Source: an uncultured Methylomirabilota bacterium (GTDB taxonomy: Bacteria > Methylomirabilota > Methylomirabilia > Methylomirabilales > 2-02-FULL-66-22). From it: a DNA stretch of 64,000 bases. The stretch spans positions 608,001 to 672,000 of the forward strand of contig CAWJSJ010000005.1 in assembly GCA_963845565.1 (NCBI GenBank). Direction: 5' to 3'. Below the pieces are notes generated by a model. The model did no database searches. It saw only the letters and a program-made list of their open reading frames with translations, and was not told the DNA's origin. Position 1 is the stretch's first letter. Each line of letters starts with the position of its first letter. Made by a program: the position numbers and the translations under genes. Of the stretch, positions 52,261 through 63,042 are shown piece by piece.

Positions 52261-53259
52261 ATGAGACGTCGGTCAGGCGCGAATGCCGTGTGCGTACACA
52301 CTGTCGGTCCAGAGCGCGGGGTCGCCCGGCCGTCCCTGGTTTCGTGGGCGGTCCTGTGCGTCGTGCTGCTGGCGTGGATCGCCGGCAGCGGCTGCTCGCT
52401 GCTGCGTCGTTATGCGGTCGACCAGTTTGCCGACGCCGTCGCCCACAGCGACACGACCTTGTCCAGCGAGGAGGACCCGGAACTGGTCAGGGCCGCCGCC
52501 CCCTTCAATCTCAAACTCGTGGAGAGCTTGCTGGCGGAAAGCCCGCAGCACCGGGGCCTGCTGTCCGCCGCGGCGAGCGGCTTTACTCAGTATGCCTTTG
52601 CCTTCGTGCAACAGGACGCCGACGAACTGGAGGCGCGCGATCTGGCCGCCGCCGAGGCGTTGCGGACCCGGGCCAGGCGCCTCTACCTGCGCGCCCGTAA
52701 CTACGGTCTTCGCGGACTGGCCGTGAATCACCCCGGCTTTCCCGATGCCTTGCTGGCCGATCCCAGAACCGCGGTGCGCGCCACGACGCCCGCTGATGTG
52801 TCGCTCCTGTATTGGACCGCAGCCGGATGGGCAGCGGCCATTTCCCTCTCCCAAGACAACCCTGGGCTCGTCGCGCAGATCCCGGCCATGGAAGCCTTGA
52901 TGGATCGAGCGCTGGAACTGGACGACGGTTACGGTCGCGGGGCGATTCACACGTTTCTGATCACCTACGAAATGAGCCGCCAGGGGGCGGCCGGCGATCC
53001 CGCAGTGCGCGCCCGCGCACATTTCGAGCGGGCGATGGCGCTTGCGCAGGGAACCAGCGCCGCGCCGCTGGTGGCTCTGGCCGAAGCGGTGACGATACGG
53101 CAACAGGACGTGAAGGAATTCGAGTCGCTGCTGAACCGGGCGCTGGCCATAGATCCTGACGCCAACCCGGACACGCGGCTCCTGAATCTGGTCATGCAGC
53201 GCCGAGCGCGCTGGCTCCTGTCGCGGAAAGCGGACTTGTTCTTGATTGAGGAAGAGTGA
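52261..53259 (+). CDS. TatT (TRAP-T) lipoprotein of a TPAT transporter
   Basis: Lipobox-like AGSGC, EEDPELV, TQYAFAFV, LYWTAAGW; directly upstream of dctP. Confidence 0.85.
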   Translation: MRRRSGANAVCVHTVGPERGVARPSLVSWAVLCVVLLAWIAGSGCSLLRRYAVDQFADAVAHSDTTLSSEEDPELVRAAAPFNLKLVESLLAESPQHRGLLSAAASGFTQYAFAFVQQDADELEARDLAAAEALRTRARRLYLRARNYGLRGLAVNHPGFPDALLADPRTAVRATTPADVSLLYWTAAGWAAAISLSQDNPGLVAQIPAMEALMDRALELDDGYGRGAIHTFLITYEMSRQGAAGDPAVRARAHFERAMALAQGTSAAPLVALAEAVTIRQQDVKEFESLLNRALAIDPDANPDTRLLNLVMQRRARWLLSRKADLFLIEEE

Positions 53260-53269
53260 GGCACGCCCG

Positions 53270-54416
53270 ATGGAAAACCATAGCGTGGTGACGTCACCGC
53301 CGCAGGGGCCGATCCCGCCTGTGGCGCCCGGTGCAAGAAAATGGGCGCCGCAGAGCGCGCGGAAACTGAACGGACTCACGCGCAGAAGATTCTTGGCCGT
53401 CGTGCTGGCCGTGGGACTGGGTGGCCTGTGGGGCTCCCTCGACCGCGTCTTCGGTGCCGGCAGCCCGGTGAAGGTGCGGCTGGGTACGCTCGCCCCGAGA
53501 GGCTCCTCGTACAGCAAGCACTTGGTGGCCATGGGCGAACAATGGCGGCAAGCGCCGGGCGGGGGCGTGCTGCTGACCGTCTATCCCGACGGCGTGATGG
53601 GCAACGAGGCCGACATGGTTCGCCGCATGAGATTGGGCCAACTGCAGGCCGGGATGCTGACCGCGACGGGCCTGGCGCAGATCGAGCCGGCTGTCACCGG
53701 CCTCCAACTCATGCCGATGATGTTCCGCTCGCTCGAGGAGGTGGATTACATCGGCGCGAGGCTGCAGCCCATGCTGGAGAAGCGACTGGAGGAGAAGGGG
53801 TTCGTCGTGCTGTTCTGGGGGGATACCGGCTGGGTACGGTTCTTCTCCAAGCAGCCCGTGATCCGCCCCGACGACTTGCGGAAGACCAAGTTGTTCGTCT
53901 GGGCGGGGAGCGTGAACGAAATAGAGGCGTACCGCTCGATCGGCTTCAATCCTGTCCCCCTGGAGACGGTGGACATTCTGCCCAATCTGCAAACCGGTTT
54001 GATCAACGCGGTTCCGTTGCCGCCGAGCATTGCCCTGGCCGGCCAGGTGGATACCGTGGCGCCCCACATGCTCGATCTCGCCTGGGTACCACTGGTCGGT
54101 GCGGCGGTCATGACCAAGAAGGCCTGGGACACCATCCCGCCGGAGGGGCGGGACACCGTGCGCAAAACAGCCGCGGCGACCGGCACGCTCCTGAAGGCCG
54201 ATGGCCGACGCGAGAGCGCGGAATCGATCGAGGCGATGCGGAAACGCGGGTTGCAGGTTCACACGCTCACCCCGGACGTCGAGGCCGAGTGGCGGCGCGA
54301 GGCGGAGGCGGCATATCCCAGGATCCGCGGGGCGGTTGTCCCGGCGGACATCTTCGACGAAGTGGTCACCGCAGTTGAAAACCTTCCGCGCCGCGCGAGG
54401 CGAGGGCAAGAAATGA
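53270..54416 (+). CDS. dctP: TRAP substrate-binding protein DctP with twin-arginine signal, frameshift near 54370
   Basis: LTRRRFL, LGTLAPRGS, GNEADMVRRMR; natural end QLKTFRAARGEGKK-stop lies in another frame. Confidence 0.85.
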
Positions 54417-56248
54417 GCGACGGGGGCTGGCGGCGCTGGCTGCGGGACGCCGAGGATCTCCTCGTCGCGCTCGCGCTGGCCGCCTTGGTGCTCGTGCCGC
54501 TTGGGGAGATTGTCCTGCGCAGAGTGTTCCACACCGGCATCGCCGGCGCGACCGCCTTCCAACAACACCTCACGTTGCTCATCGGGCTGCTGGGCGGGGC
54601 GCTGGCGGCGCGCGAAGGCCGCCTGCTCACGCTCTCGACCTTGATAGATTTTCTAAAAGGAAAGGGCCAGCGATGGGCGCGCATCTTCAGTAGCGCTCTG
54701 GCGGCGGGCATCAGCGTCTTTCTCTGCATGGCAGCGGCGCAGCTCGTGCAGACGGAACGAGAAGCCGGCAAGATTCTGGCCTACGGGATTCCGGTGTGGA
54801 CCATCCAGGCGATCATGCCTGTGAGTTTCGGCGTGATTGCGCTCCGGGTGTTGTGGCGTGCCGCGGAAGGCTGGCGCGGGCGGCTGGTCGCCGTGTTGCT
54901 GGCCGGTGGGATCGTGTGGACGGGCCTCCAGCCGCCGATCGCGCCCGACCTGCTGGTCCTGCCTGCCCTGGTGACCCTGCTGCTGGCCGTCGTGTTCGGT
55001 GCGCCGATTTTCGTGCTGCTCGGGGGTGCGGCGCTGATCTTGTTCTGGGGGCAGGACCTGCCCATTGCCTCCGTTGCGCTCACCCACTATTCGATGGTGA
55101 CCAACCCCACCCTGCCGACCGTCCCGCTGTTCACCCTGGCCGGCTATTTCCTGGCGGAGGGCGGCGCGTCGAAACGCCTGATCCGGGTCTTTCAGGCCGT
55201 GTTCGGACAATTCCGCGGCGGGGCGGCGATTGTCACGGTGCTGGTGTGCGCATTCTTCACCTCCTTTACCGGGGCGTCAGGCGTGACGATTCTCGCGTTA
55301 GGAGGGCTGCTGATGCCGGTGCTGATGGGTGCGGGATACTCCGAGCGGTCCACGCTGGGATTGGTCACCGGTTCTGGCGGGCTCGGGCTGCTGTTCCCGC
55401 CTTCACTCCCGTTGATTCTCTACGCCATTGTGGCCGGCCTCAACGCCAAGACTGGCGGAGTGACCATCGAAAAGATGTTTCTCGGCGCCCTCGGCCCGGG
55501 GTTGCTGTTGGTTGCCATGGCGGCCGGGGTGGGCATTCTTCTGGGTCCGAAGGACACAGCCGAGCGGCCCGTGTTTGACCGAGTCGAAGTGGGCCAGGCC
55601 ATTTGGGGCGCCAAATGGGAACTGCTCTTACCCGTCGTGGCTCTGGTCGCATTGTTTGGCGGACTCGCCACACCGGTGGAAGCGGCGGCGGTCACGGCAC
55701 TGTATGCGTTCGTCGTGGAAGCCGTCGTCTATCACGATTTCAAGCGCGCGCGCGAGATTCCGCGCGTCATGGCGGATTGTGGTCTCCTGGTGGGTGGCGT
55801 GCTGCTCATCTTGGGTGTGGCGCTCGGCTTCAGCAATTACCTGATCGACGCGCAGATCCCCGCCCTTGCGGCCGAATGGGTCACGGGCGCGGTGAAATCC
55901 AAGTACGCGTTCCTGCTCGCGGTGAACCTGTGCCTACTCGTTGTGGGCTGCGTGATGGACGTGTATTCCGCCATCGTGGTGGTGGTGCCGCTCATTGTCC
56001 CGCTTGGTCTGGCCTACGGCATTGATCCCATCCACCTGGGCATCATTTTTCTCGCCAACATGGAGCTGGGACTCCTGACCCCGACGGTCGGCATCAACGT
56101 TTTTCTCTCCTCGTATCGGTTCGACAAGCCGGTGCTTCAGGTCTCTCGCGCGGTCATCCCGATGCAATGCATGCTGGTGATCGGGGTGCTGTTGATCACC
56201 TATCTGCCGCCGCTCACGACCTTCCTGCCGCGCTGGTTGGGGCGGTGA
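54413..56248 (+). CDS. TRAP transporter fused small/large permease DctQM
   Basis: ATGA overlap with dctP; PLFTLAG, GASGVTI, LFPPS, TPVEAA, DPIHLG, LTPTVG. Confidence 0.9.
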   Translation: MSDGGWRRWLRDAEDLLVALALAALVLVPLGEIVLRRVFHTGIAGATAFQQHLTLLIGLLGGALAAREGRLLTLSTLIDFLKGKGQRWARIFSSALAAGISVFLCMAAAQLVQTEREAGKILAYGIPVWTIQAIMPVSFGVIALRVLWRAAEGWRGRLVAVLLAGGIVWTGLQPPIAPDLLVLPALVTLLLAVVFGAPIFVLLGGAALILFWGQDLPIASVALTHYSMVTNPTLPTVPLFTLAGYFLAEGGASKRLIRVFQAVFGQFRGGAAIVTVLVCAFFTSFTGASGVTILALGGLLMPVLMGAGYSERSTLGLVTGSGGLGLLFPPSLPLILYAIVAGLNAKTGGVTIEKMFLGALGPGLLLVAMAAGVGILLGPKDTAERPVFDRVEVGQAIWGAKWELLLPVVALVALFGGLATPVEAAAVTALYAFVVEAVVYHDFKRAREIPRVMADCGLLVGGVLLILGVALGFSNYLIDAQIPALAAEWVTGAVKSKYAFLLAVNLCLLVVGCVMDVYSAIVVVVPLIVPLGLAYGIDPIHLGIIFLANMELGLLTPTVGINVFLSSYRFDKPVLQVSRAVIPMQCMLVIGVLLITYLPPLTTFLPRWLGR

Positions 56249-56269
56249 ACGAGGTGCGAGGTCTGTTCC

Positions 56270-56338
56270 GCTTTCTCAAGACCATCATCCCGAGTCGAAA
56301 GGCGACGCGGGAATACGGAATCCGGGGGAAGCCATGAA
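56270..56338 (+). pseudogene. C-terminal remnant of a BrnT-like toxin
   Basis: FLKTIIPSRKATREY...-stop overlapping the antitoxin start; N-terminal part absent. Confidence 0.6.
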
Positions 56339-56798
56339 GACACTGAATCGGGAAGAGCAGCAGCTTCTTGCTGCATTCGAACGCGGGGCGTTGCGGTCGG
56401 TTATCACCTCGGAAGAAGCCCTGCGACGTTACCAGGAATACGCGCGGACAACGCTCGGCAAACCGCAGCGGGTGAACATCCGTCTCTCAGCCCAAACGCT
56501 GGCGGGCATTCGATCGCGCGCCGCCGAGGAGGGCATGCCATATCAGACGTTGATGGCCACCGTGTTGCATAAGCCGTTGTCAAAGAATTAGTTGAGCGGA
56601 GACATTCCGAAACGGCATAAGGAGCCGTAACGAAATAGAAAGAGATGTATAGGTTATTTCGTAACGGCTCCTAAGTACACGGCGGGCCGGCTGGTCGAGA
56701 AGCGGGCGGCACGATCCGCGCGGCCGAGCCGAGCACCTCGCAAGCGCGTCGCAGCGTGGGAATCATCTCTTCAGGCCGGAATCGCGTTTTGGGCATGA
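56334..56798 (+). pseudogene. CopG/BrnA-like antitoxin interrupted by a MITE
   Basis: RVNIRLS...AAEEGMPYQTL...LHK; removing 102 bp restores LHKYTAGRLVEK. Confidence 0.8.
56570..56674. mobile_element. 99-bp MITE (family 1), copy 3, with TAA target duplication inside a CDS
   Basis: CA-TAA-[element]-TAA-GTAC. Confidence 0.92.
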
Positions 56799-56942
56799 CC
56801 TACCTCCTTCCGAAAACCAGGTGGTTTTTCTTTGGCCTTATAGTGCTTGGCAACATAGGATCAGTCAGGTATCGGTAACACCCGCGCCGCTTCCTTGGCC
56901 GCAGATTTCCGAAACGAAACATTACAAAAAGGAGGGGACCTC

Positions 56943-58550
56943 ATGAGGTTCGTGCGGATCGCGCTGGTGTCCCTGGTCATGGCAGCGGCTGCTCTGCTGC
57001 CGACGGGGAAGGCCGCGCACGCGCAGCAGAAACAACCCAACATCGTCATCATCTGGGGCGACGACATCGGCCAGTCCAATGTCAGCGCCTACTCGCACGG
57101 CCTGATGGGCTACAAGACGCCCAACATCGACCGCGTCGCCAAGGAAGGCATGATGTTCACCGACTACTACGCCGAGCAGAGCTGCACCGCCGGCCGGGCG
57201 TCGTTCATCACCGGCCAGTCGGGCTTGCGCACCGGCCTGACCAAGGTCGGCTTGCCGGGCGCGACGCTCGGGCTGCAGAAGGAAGACCCGACGATTGCCG
57301 AGCTGCTCAAGGCGCAAGGCTATGCGACCGGCCAGTTCGGCAAGAACCACCTGGGCGACCGCAACGAGTTCCTGCCCACCGTGCACGGCTTCGACGAGTT
57401 CTACGGCAACCTCTACCACCTGAACGCCGAGGAAGAGCCGGAACTGCCGGACTACCCGAAAGATCCCGGCGTTCCGCGCCAAGTTCGGACCGCGCGGCGT
57501 GATGGACTGCAAGGCCTCGGCCACGGACGACCCGACGGTGGACCCGCGCTTCGGCAAGGTCGGCAAGCAGGTCTGCAAGGACACCGGCCCGCTGACCAAG
57601 AAGCGGATGGAGACGATCGACGACGACATCGCCAACCGGGCCGTGGACTTCATCCAGCGGCAGAACAAGGCCGGCAAGCCGGCTTCGTCTGGGTGAACTT
57701 CACCCACATGCACTTCCGCACCCACACCAAGCCGGAGAGCATCGGCCAGTCGGGGCGCTGGCAGAGCCCGTACCACGACACCATGATCGACCACGACAAG
57801 AACGTCGGCAAGGTCCTCAAGGCGCTGGACGACCTGGGCATCGCGGACAACACCTTCGTCATGTACCGCACCGACAACGGCCCGCACATGAACACCTGGC
57901 CGGATGGCGCGATGACGCCGTTCCGCAACGAGAAGAACTCGAACTGGGAAGGCGCCTACCGGGTGCCGGCCATGGTCCGCTGGCCGGGCAAGATCAAGCC
58001 GGGCCAGGTGTCCAACGAGATGGTCGCCCACCTCGACTGGCTGCCGACCCTTCTGGCCGATCGCCGGCGACACGCAGGTGAAGGACAAGCTGCTCAAGGG
58101 CTACAAGGTCGGCGACATGACCTACAAGGTCCATCTCGACGGCGACAACCTCGTCCCCTACCTGACCGGGCAAGCCGCGAAGAGCCCGCGGGAATCGTTC
58201 CTGTACATCAACGACGACCAGCAATTGACCGGTCTGCGCTACGACAACTGGAAGCTCGTGTTCATGGAGCAGCGGGCCCAGGGAACGCTGCGCATCTGGG
58301 CGGAGCCGTTCACCACCTTGCGGGTTCCGAAGATCTTCAATCTCCGGACCGATCCGTACGAGCGCGCGGACATCACCTCGAACACCTACTACGACTGGCT
58401 GCTGGATCATGCCTTCATGCTCGTGCCCGCGCAGGACTACGTGGGCCAGTTCCTGATGACGTTCAAGGACTATCCGCAGCGGCAGAAGGCGGCCAGCTTC
58501 AACCTGGATGAAGTGATGGAGAAGCTGAAGGAAAGCGGGGGTCGAAGTAG
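56943..58550 (+). CDS. Secreted Cys-type arylsulfatase 3, several frameshifts
   Basis: QPNIVIIWGDD, SCTAGR, FGKNHLG, TDNG; paralog of sulfatase 1. Confidence 0.9.
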
Positions 58551-58678
58551 GACGGACGCTGTCGAGGCGCTGTCGGCTGAAGCGTCCGCGGCCGACCACG
58601 TACCTGACGCTCATCGCTGCGCACGCCACTTGTGAAGGCGCATCGGGTGAAACACCTGATCACACTGAAGAGTTCGCG

Positions 58679-60336
58679 ATGATGAAGACCGCCTGCACGC
58701 GGAGCCTCCTCGCCGCCGCGCTCGTCGTGCTGCTGGCGTTCACCGCCACTGATGCCCGCGCCGCCGACCCGCTGCCCTCGTGGAACGACGGCCCGGCGAA
58801 ACAGTCCATCATCGACTTCGTCGCGAAGGTCACGAAGGCCGGCTCGCCGGATTTCGTGCCGGTGCCGGAACGCATCGCCACGTTCGACAACGACGGCACG
58901 CTCTGGTGCGAGCAGCCGATGCCCGTTCAATTCTACTTCGCGCTCGACCGCGTGAAGGCGCTCGCGCCGCAGCATCCCGAATGGAAGACCAAGGAACCGT
59001 TCGCCTCGCTGCTCAAGGGCGATTTGAAAACCGCGCTCGCCGGCGGCGACCACGCGCTCCTCGAACTCATCATGGCCACGCACGCGGGCATGACCACGGT
59101 GGAATTCGAGCAGATCGTCAAGGACTGGATCGCGACCGCGAAGCATCCGAAGACCGGCAAGCTCTACACCGAAATGGTCTATCAGCCGATGCTCGAACTG
59201 CTCGCCTACCTGCGGGCGAACGGCTTCAAGAACTTCATCGTCTCCGGCGGCGGCATCGAGTTCATGCGCCCGTGGACGGAGCAGGTTTACGGCATCCCGC
59301 CGGAACAGGTCATCGGCAGCAGCATCAAGACGAAGTTTGAAATGCGCGACGGCAAGCCGGTGCTCGTGCGTCTGCCGGAGCTGAACTTCAATGATGACAA
59401 GGCCGACAAGCCCGTCGGCATCAACCAGCACATCGGCCGCCGGCCCATCGCCGCGTTCGGCAATTCCCGTGGCGACAAAGAAATGTTGGAATACACGCAG
59501 GGCGGCAGCGGCGCGCGGTTCGATGCTGCTGGTGCTGCACGATGATGCGGCGCGCGAATACGCCTACGGTCCGGCCCTGGGATTGCCGGACGTCAAACTG
59601 GGTGCGTTCACGCAGGCGGTTTACGACCAAGCGAAGAAGGATGGCTGGACCGTGGTCAGCATGAAGGACGATTGGAAACAGGTCTTCCCGTTCGGGCAGG
59701 CCCCGGTCACGGCCATTGACATCCTGCTGGAGCCGGACGCCACGATGCTCCAGCATTCCGCAGCCAACAACGCCCGCCTGCTCGCGGTCTTCCCGAAAGG
59801 TTTCGCCCTGGATGCGACGCACCGTCCGCACATCACGATGATCCAGCGTTTCGTCCGCACGGCGGACCTCGACCAGGTCTATGCCGCCGCCGGCAAGGTG
59901 CTCGCCCGCGCCAAGGTGACCGGCATGAAGCTGGAAGCCTTCAAATACTACTACATCCCGAGCAAGGACCATTGGCCTGGCGGGCATTGTCGCGAAGCCG
60001 ACCCCGGAATTGCTCAAGCTGCAAGCGGACCTGATTGCCGCCGTGGCCCCGTTCACGGTGGAAACCGGCGACTCGTCCGCGTTCGTCACCACGCCCGATG
60101 ATCCGATCATTGACCCGCTCTTGATCGAATACGTTTCGACGTTTGTTCCGAAGGCTTCCGGCGAGCATTTCAATCCGCACGTCACCACCGGCGTCGCCCT
60201 CCGGGAATACCTCGACCAAATGCTGGCCGAACCGTTTGAGCCGTTCACCTTCTCGCCCGCGGGCGCGGCCGTTTACCAGCTAGGCCAGTTCGGCACGGCG
60301 GCGAAGAAACTCAAAGAATGGGACTTGAAGCCTTGA
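58679..60336 (+). CDS. Secreted HAD hydrolase fused to a 2H-phosphoesterase-like domain, two frameshifts
   Basis: FDNDGTLW, FGNSRGD; reads on in frame past DDWKQVF into a domain with PHITM and PHVTT. Confidence 0.75.
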
Positions 60337-60849
60337 GGCGCTCGAAGGCGAGTGGAAACAGCCGCCGATGCAGCGGGTCACATAGGCGAAGTCGCCTTGA
60401 GCGCTGACGTGATCTGGCCAGCTAACTCCCGCGTCCAGCGAACGGGGAGGTGCTGCCGCTGCCCGCTGAACGTTACGCCTTCACGCCGCCGAAAGCCTTT
60501 CCATCCAGCGCCCAGATGCGGCCTTCCCAGGGAGCCAAGGGGGTCTCGTCTCGCACCCCCGGCACCCTACCCAGTGCCGATCACCTTCCATTACCTGCCG
60601 GTCGAGGAGGGAATGTTTTGCACAAGTAGGGACCCGTTCCCCCGGACTCAATCATCATGCTGTCGTCAATCATGGCGTGATTGATACGCAAAACCAATCG
60701 AGGAATCTTGGTGGGGAGGAGAGTGGGGCGACGCGCAGCGCTCGCCTGACACCAGTGGGGGATTCTGAGGTTTGCGCTCGGGCAGCGTGATGGTAAGATG
60801 CGCCCCTGATCGGCACGAGCCACGCGCCAAAAGAGGCGAGTCAGCTATC

Positions 60850-62279
60850 ATGGGACGGAAGAAGCAAGCCGACCGAAAGGGTGGGCGCTCCACGGACCTG
60901 TCACCACCGCCCGGCCCGACACAGGGTCCGGCGGCTCTGCAGCCGGGAACGTCCGAGGCCCCGCCCCCTCCGCCGAAAGAGAAGAAGCCCTCCGGCTTCA
61001 GCATGCTCCTGCTCCACGTTCACCCCAGGATGGTGCCGGAAGAGGCGCTCGCGTTCATGCGCACCTGTGGGCTCGGGGGCATGGCTGTGGTGCTCCTCGT
61101 TCTTCTCGCCGGCACGGGAGCGCTGCTCTTGCTGGCGTACGAGCCCTCCGCGGAGCGGGCGTACGGGTCGGTCCTGGGCCTGCGGGACGACACGGCCATC
61201 GGCGGCTTCGTGCGGAACATCCACTTCTGGGCGGCCAATAGCCTCGTCCTGGTGGCCGTTCCTGCATCTCCTGCGGGTCTTCTACACCGGGGCCTTTCAC
61301 GCGCCGCGACGATTCAACTGGGTCATCGGGCTGCTCCTGCTCAAACTGGTCCTGGCGTCCAACTTCACGGGCTACCTGCTCCCCTGGGACCAGCTCGCTT
61401 TCTGGGCCGTGACCATCGGCACGGGGATGCTGGAGTACGTCCCGCTGGTCGGCCCCACGCTGGAAACGGCGCTGCGGGGCGGGCCCGAGGTCGGGCCCAA
61501 GACCCTGTCCATCTTCTTCGTCCTGCACATCGCGATCCTGCCGATCCTGGGGGCCATCCTCGCCGCCTTTCACTTCTGGCTCGTCCGGAAGGCGGGTGGC
61601 GTCATCCTCCCGAGGCCCCCGGGGCCGGAACCCGCGCCTCGGCCCACGATGGTCCCCACCTCGCCGAATCTGGTGTTCCGCGAAATGGTGGTGGCCCTCG
61701 TTCTGGTGGCGGGTGTGCTCCTCACCGCCGCGGTCTTCGATGCGCCGCTCCTGGCGCAGGCGAATCCGGGCATGAGCCCGAACCCGGCCAAGGCCCCGTG
61801 GTATTTCATGGGGATCCAGGAGCTTCTGGTCCATCTGCACCCGGCTTTCGCCGTCCTGGCGGTGCCGATGCTGGTGGTGGCCTTCCTGGTGTTTCTACCC
61901 TACCTGAACTACGGCGAGACCCCCTCGGGCCTCTGGTTCCACTCGGCCAATGGGCGGCGCACGGCCCTGGTGGCCGCGGGGACGGCCCTGGTGGCAGTGC
62001 CCGCCGGCATCCTCACTACCGAGTATGTGCTGAGCCTCCCGAAGCTGCTTGCCGTTCCTGCCCCCGGCCGTGAGCACCGGCCTGCTTCCCACGGGGGTGC
62101 TGGCGCTCCTGGTGGTGGGGTTCTTCGGACTGAACCGGTGGCGGTTCACGGCCTCCCGGATCGAGGCGATCCAGGCGGTGTTCACGCTGTTGACGGTGGG
62201 GTTCGTGGTGCTCACGGTGACCGGGGTGTTCTTCCGAGGCACGGCCATGCGGCTCACCTGGCCGTGGCTGGCAAAATGA
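60850..62279 (+). CDS. Cytochrome b (b/b6 family), frameshifts near 61260 and 62050
   Basis: [30 protein letters not shown]...FH haem ligands, APWYF. Confidence 0.9.
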
Positions 62280-62368
62280 CCAATTGCCAATGTTCAAAAT
62301 GTTCTTGTTCCTCAGGGTAAAGACTGTGCGCGGCATGGCCACACATTCATTCACAATCAGACGGGCAT

Positions 62369-62506
62369 AAATCCGAAGCACGAAAATCGAAATTCGAAAC
62401 AATCTCAAATGGCCAAATGCCAACTGTCCTAAACGGGTGAGTTGAGAGATTGTGAATTCTGAAAATTTGAATTTGTCTCGGATTTCGATATTCGAATTTC
62501 GGATTT
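62369..62506. repeat. Inverted heptamer-array element, empty (B)
   Basis: 4 heptamers-AAAC-further units-AAAC, 6 bp spacer, mirror arm ending just before the Rieske SD. Confidence 0.88.
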
Positions 62507-62516
62507 CTGAGGAGTC

Positions 62517-63029
62517 ATGGATAGCGAAAAGGCTGCAGCAGTGGAAACGAAGGCCGGGGCCTCGCGGCGGGATTATCTGAGGACCGCGTGGAAGGTTCTC
62601 GGCCTGGTGGCCGCCGCCGAGTTCGCGACCGTGCTGGTGGCCTACCTCTGGCCCCGCGCCAAGGGGGAGGGCGATACACGGGTGGCGGTGGTTGAGGCCG
62701 GCCCCGTCGCCGAGTTCACGCCGGCCTCGGTGACGGCCTTCCCCAAGGGGCGTTTCTACCTGGTCCGGCTCGCCGACGGGGGGTTCCTGGCGCTCTCCAG
62801 CCGATGTTCGCACCTGGGCTGTTCGGTCCCCTGGAATGAGAAGACCCAGACGTTTCCGTGTCCGTGCCACGCGTCCGTGTTCGACATGACCGGCAACGTC
62901 GACAGTCCGCCGGCGCCCCGCGCCCTGGACCTCTTCCCTGTGCGCATCGAGAGCGGCGTCGTGAAAGTGGACACGCGGAACCGGGTCCAGCGGCAGCGCT
63001 TCGAGCGCTCCCAGGTGACGTATCTGTGA
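62517..63029 (+). CDS. Rieske iron-sulfur protein
   Basis: SRRDYL Tat-like anchor, CSHLGC, CPCHAS, PAPRAL. Confidence 0.95.
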   Translation: MDSEKAAAVETKAGASRRDYLRTAWKVLGLVAAAEFATVLVAYLWPRAKGEGDTRVAVVEAGPVAEFTPASVTAFPKGRFYLVRLADGGFLALSSRCSHLGCSVPWNEKTQTFPCPCHASVFDMTGNVDSPPAPRALDLFPVRIESGVVKVDTRNRVQRQRFERSQVTYL

Positions 63030-63042
63030 GAACCCGGGGGGA

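Noticed and set aside
53246..56248. 1000-aa DctP-DctQM triple fusion
   Set aside because: One indel near 54370 explains it; the alternative frame gives a natural DctP stop overlapping the DctQM start as ATGA
56833..56848. Sigma54 promoter before sulfatase 3 (TGGCCTTATAGTGCTT)
   Set aside because: GG-GC spacing is one base short; valid only if there is a sequencing deletion
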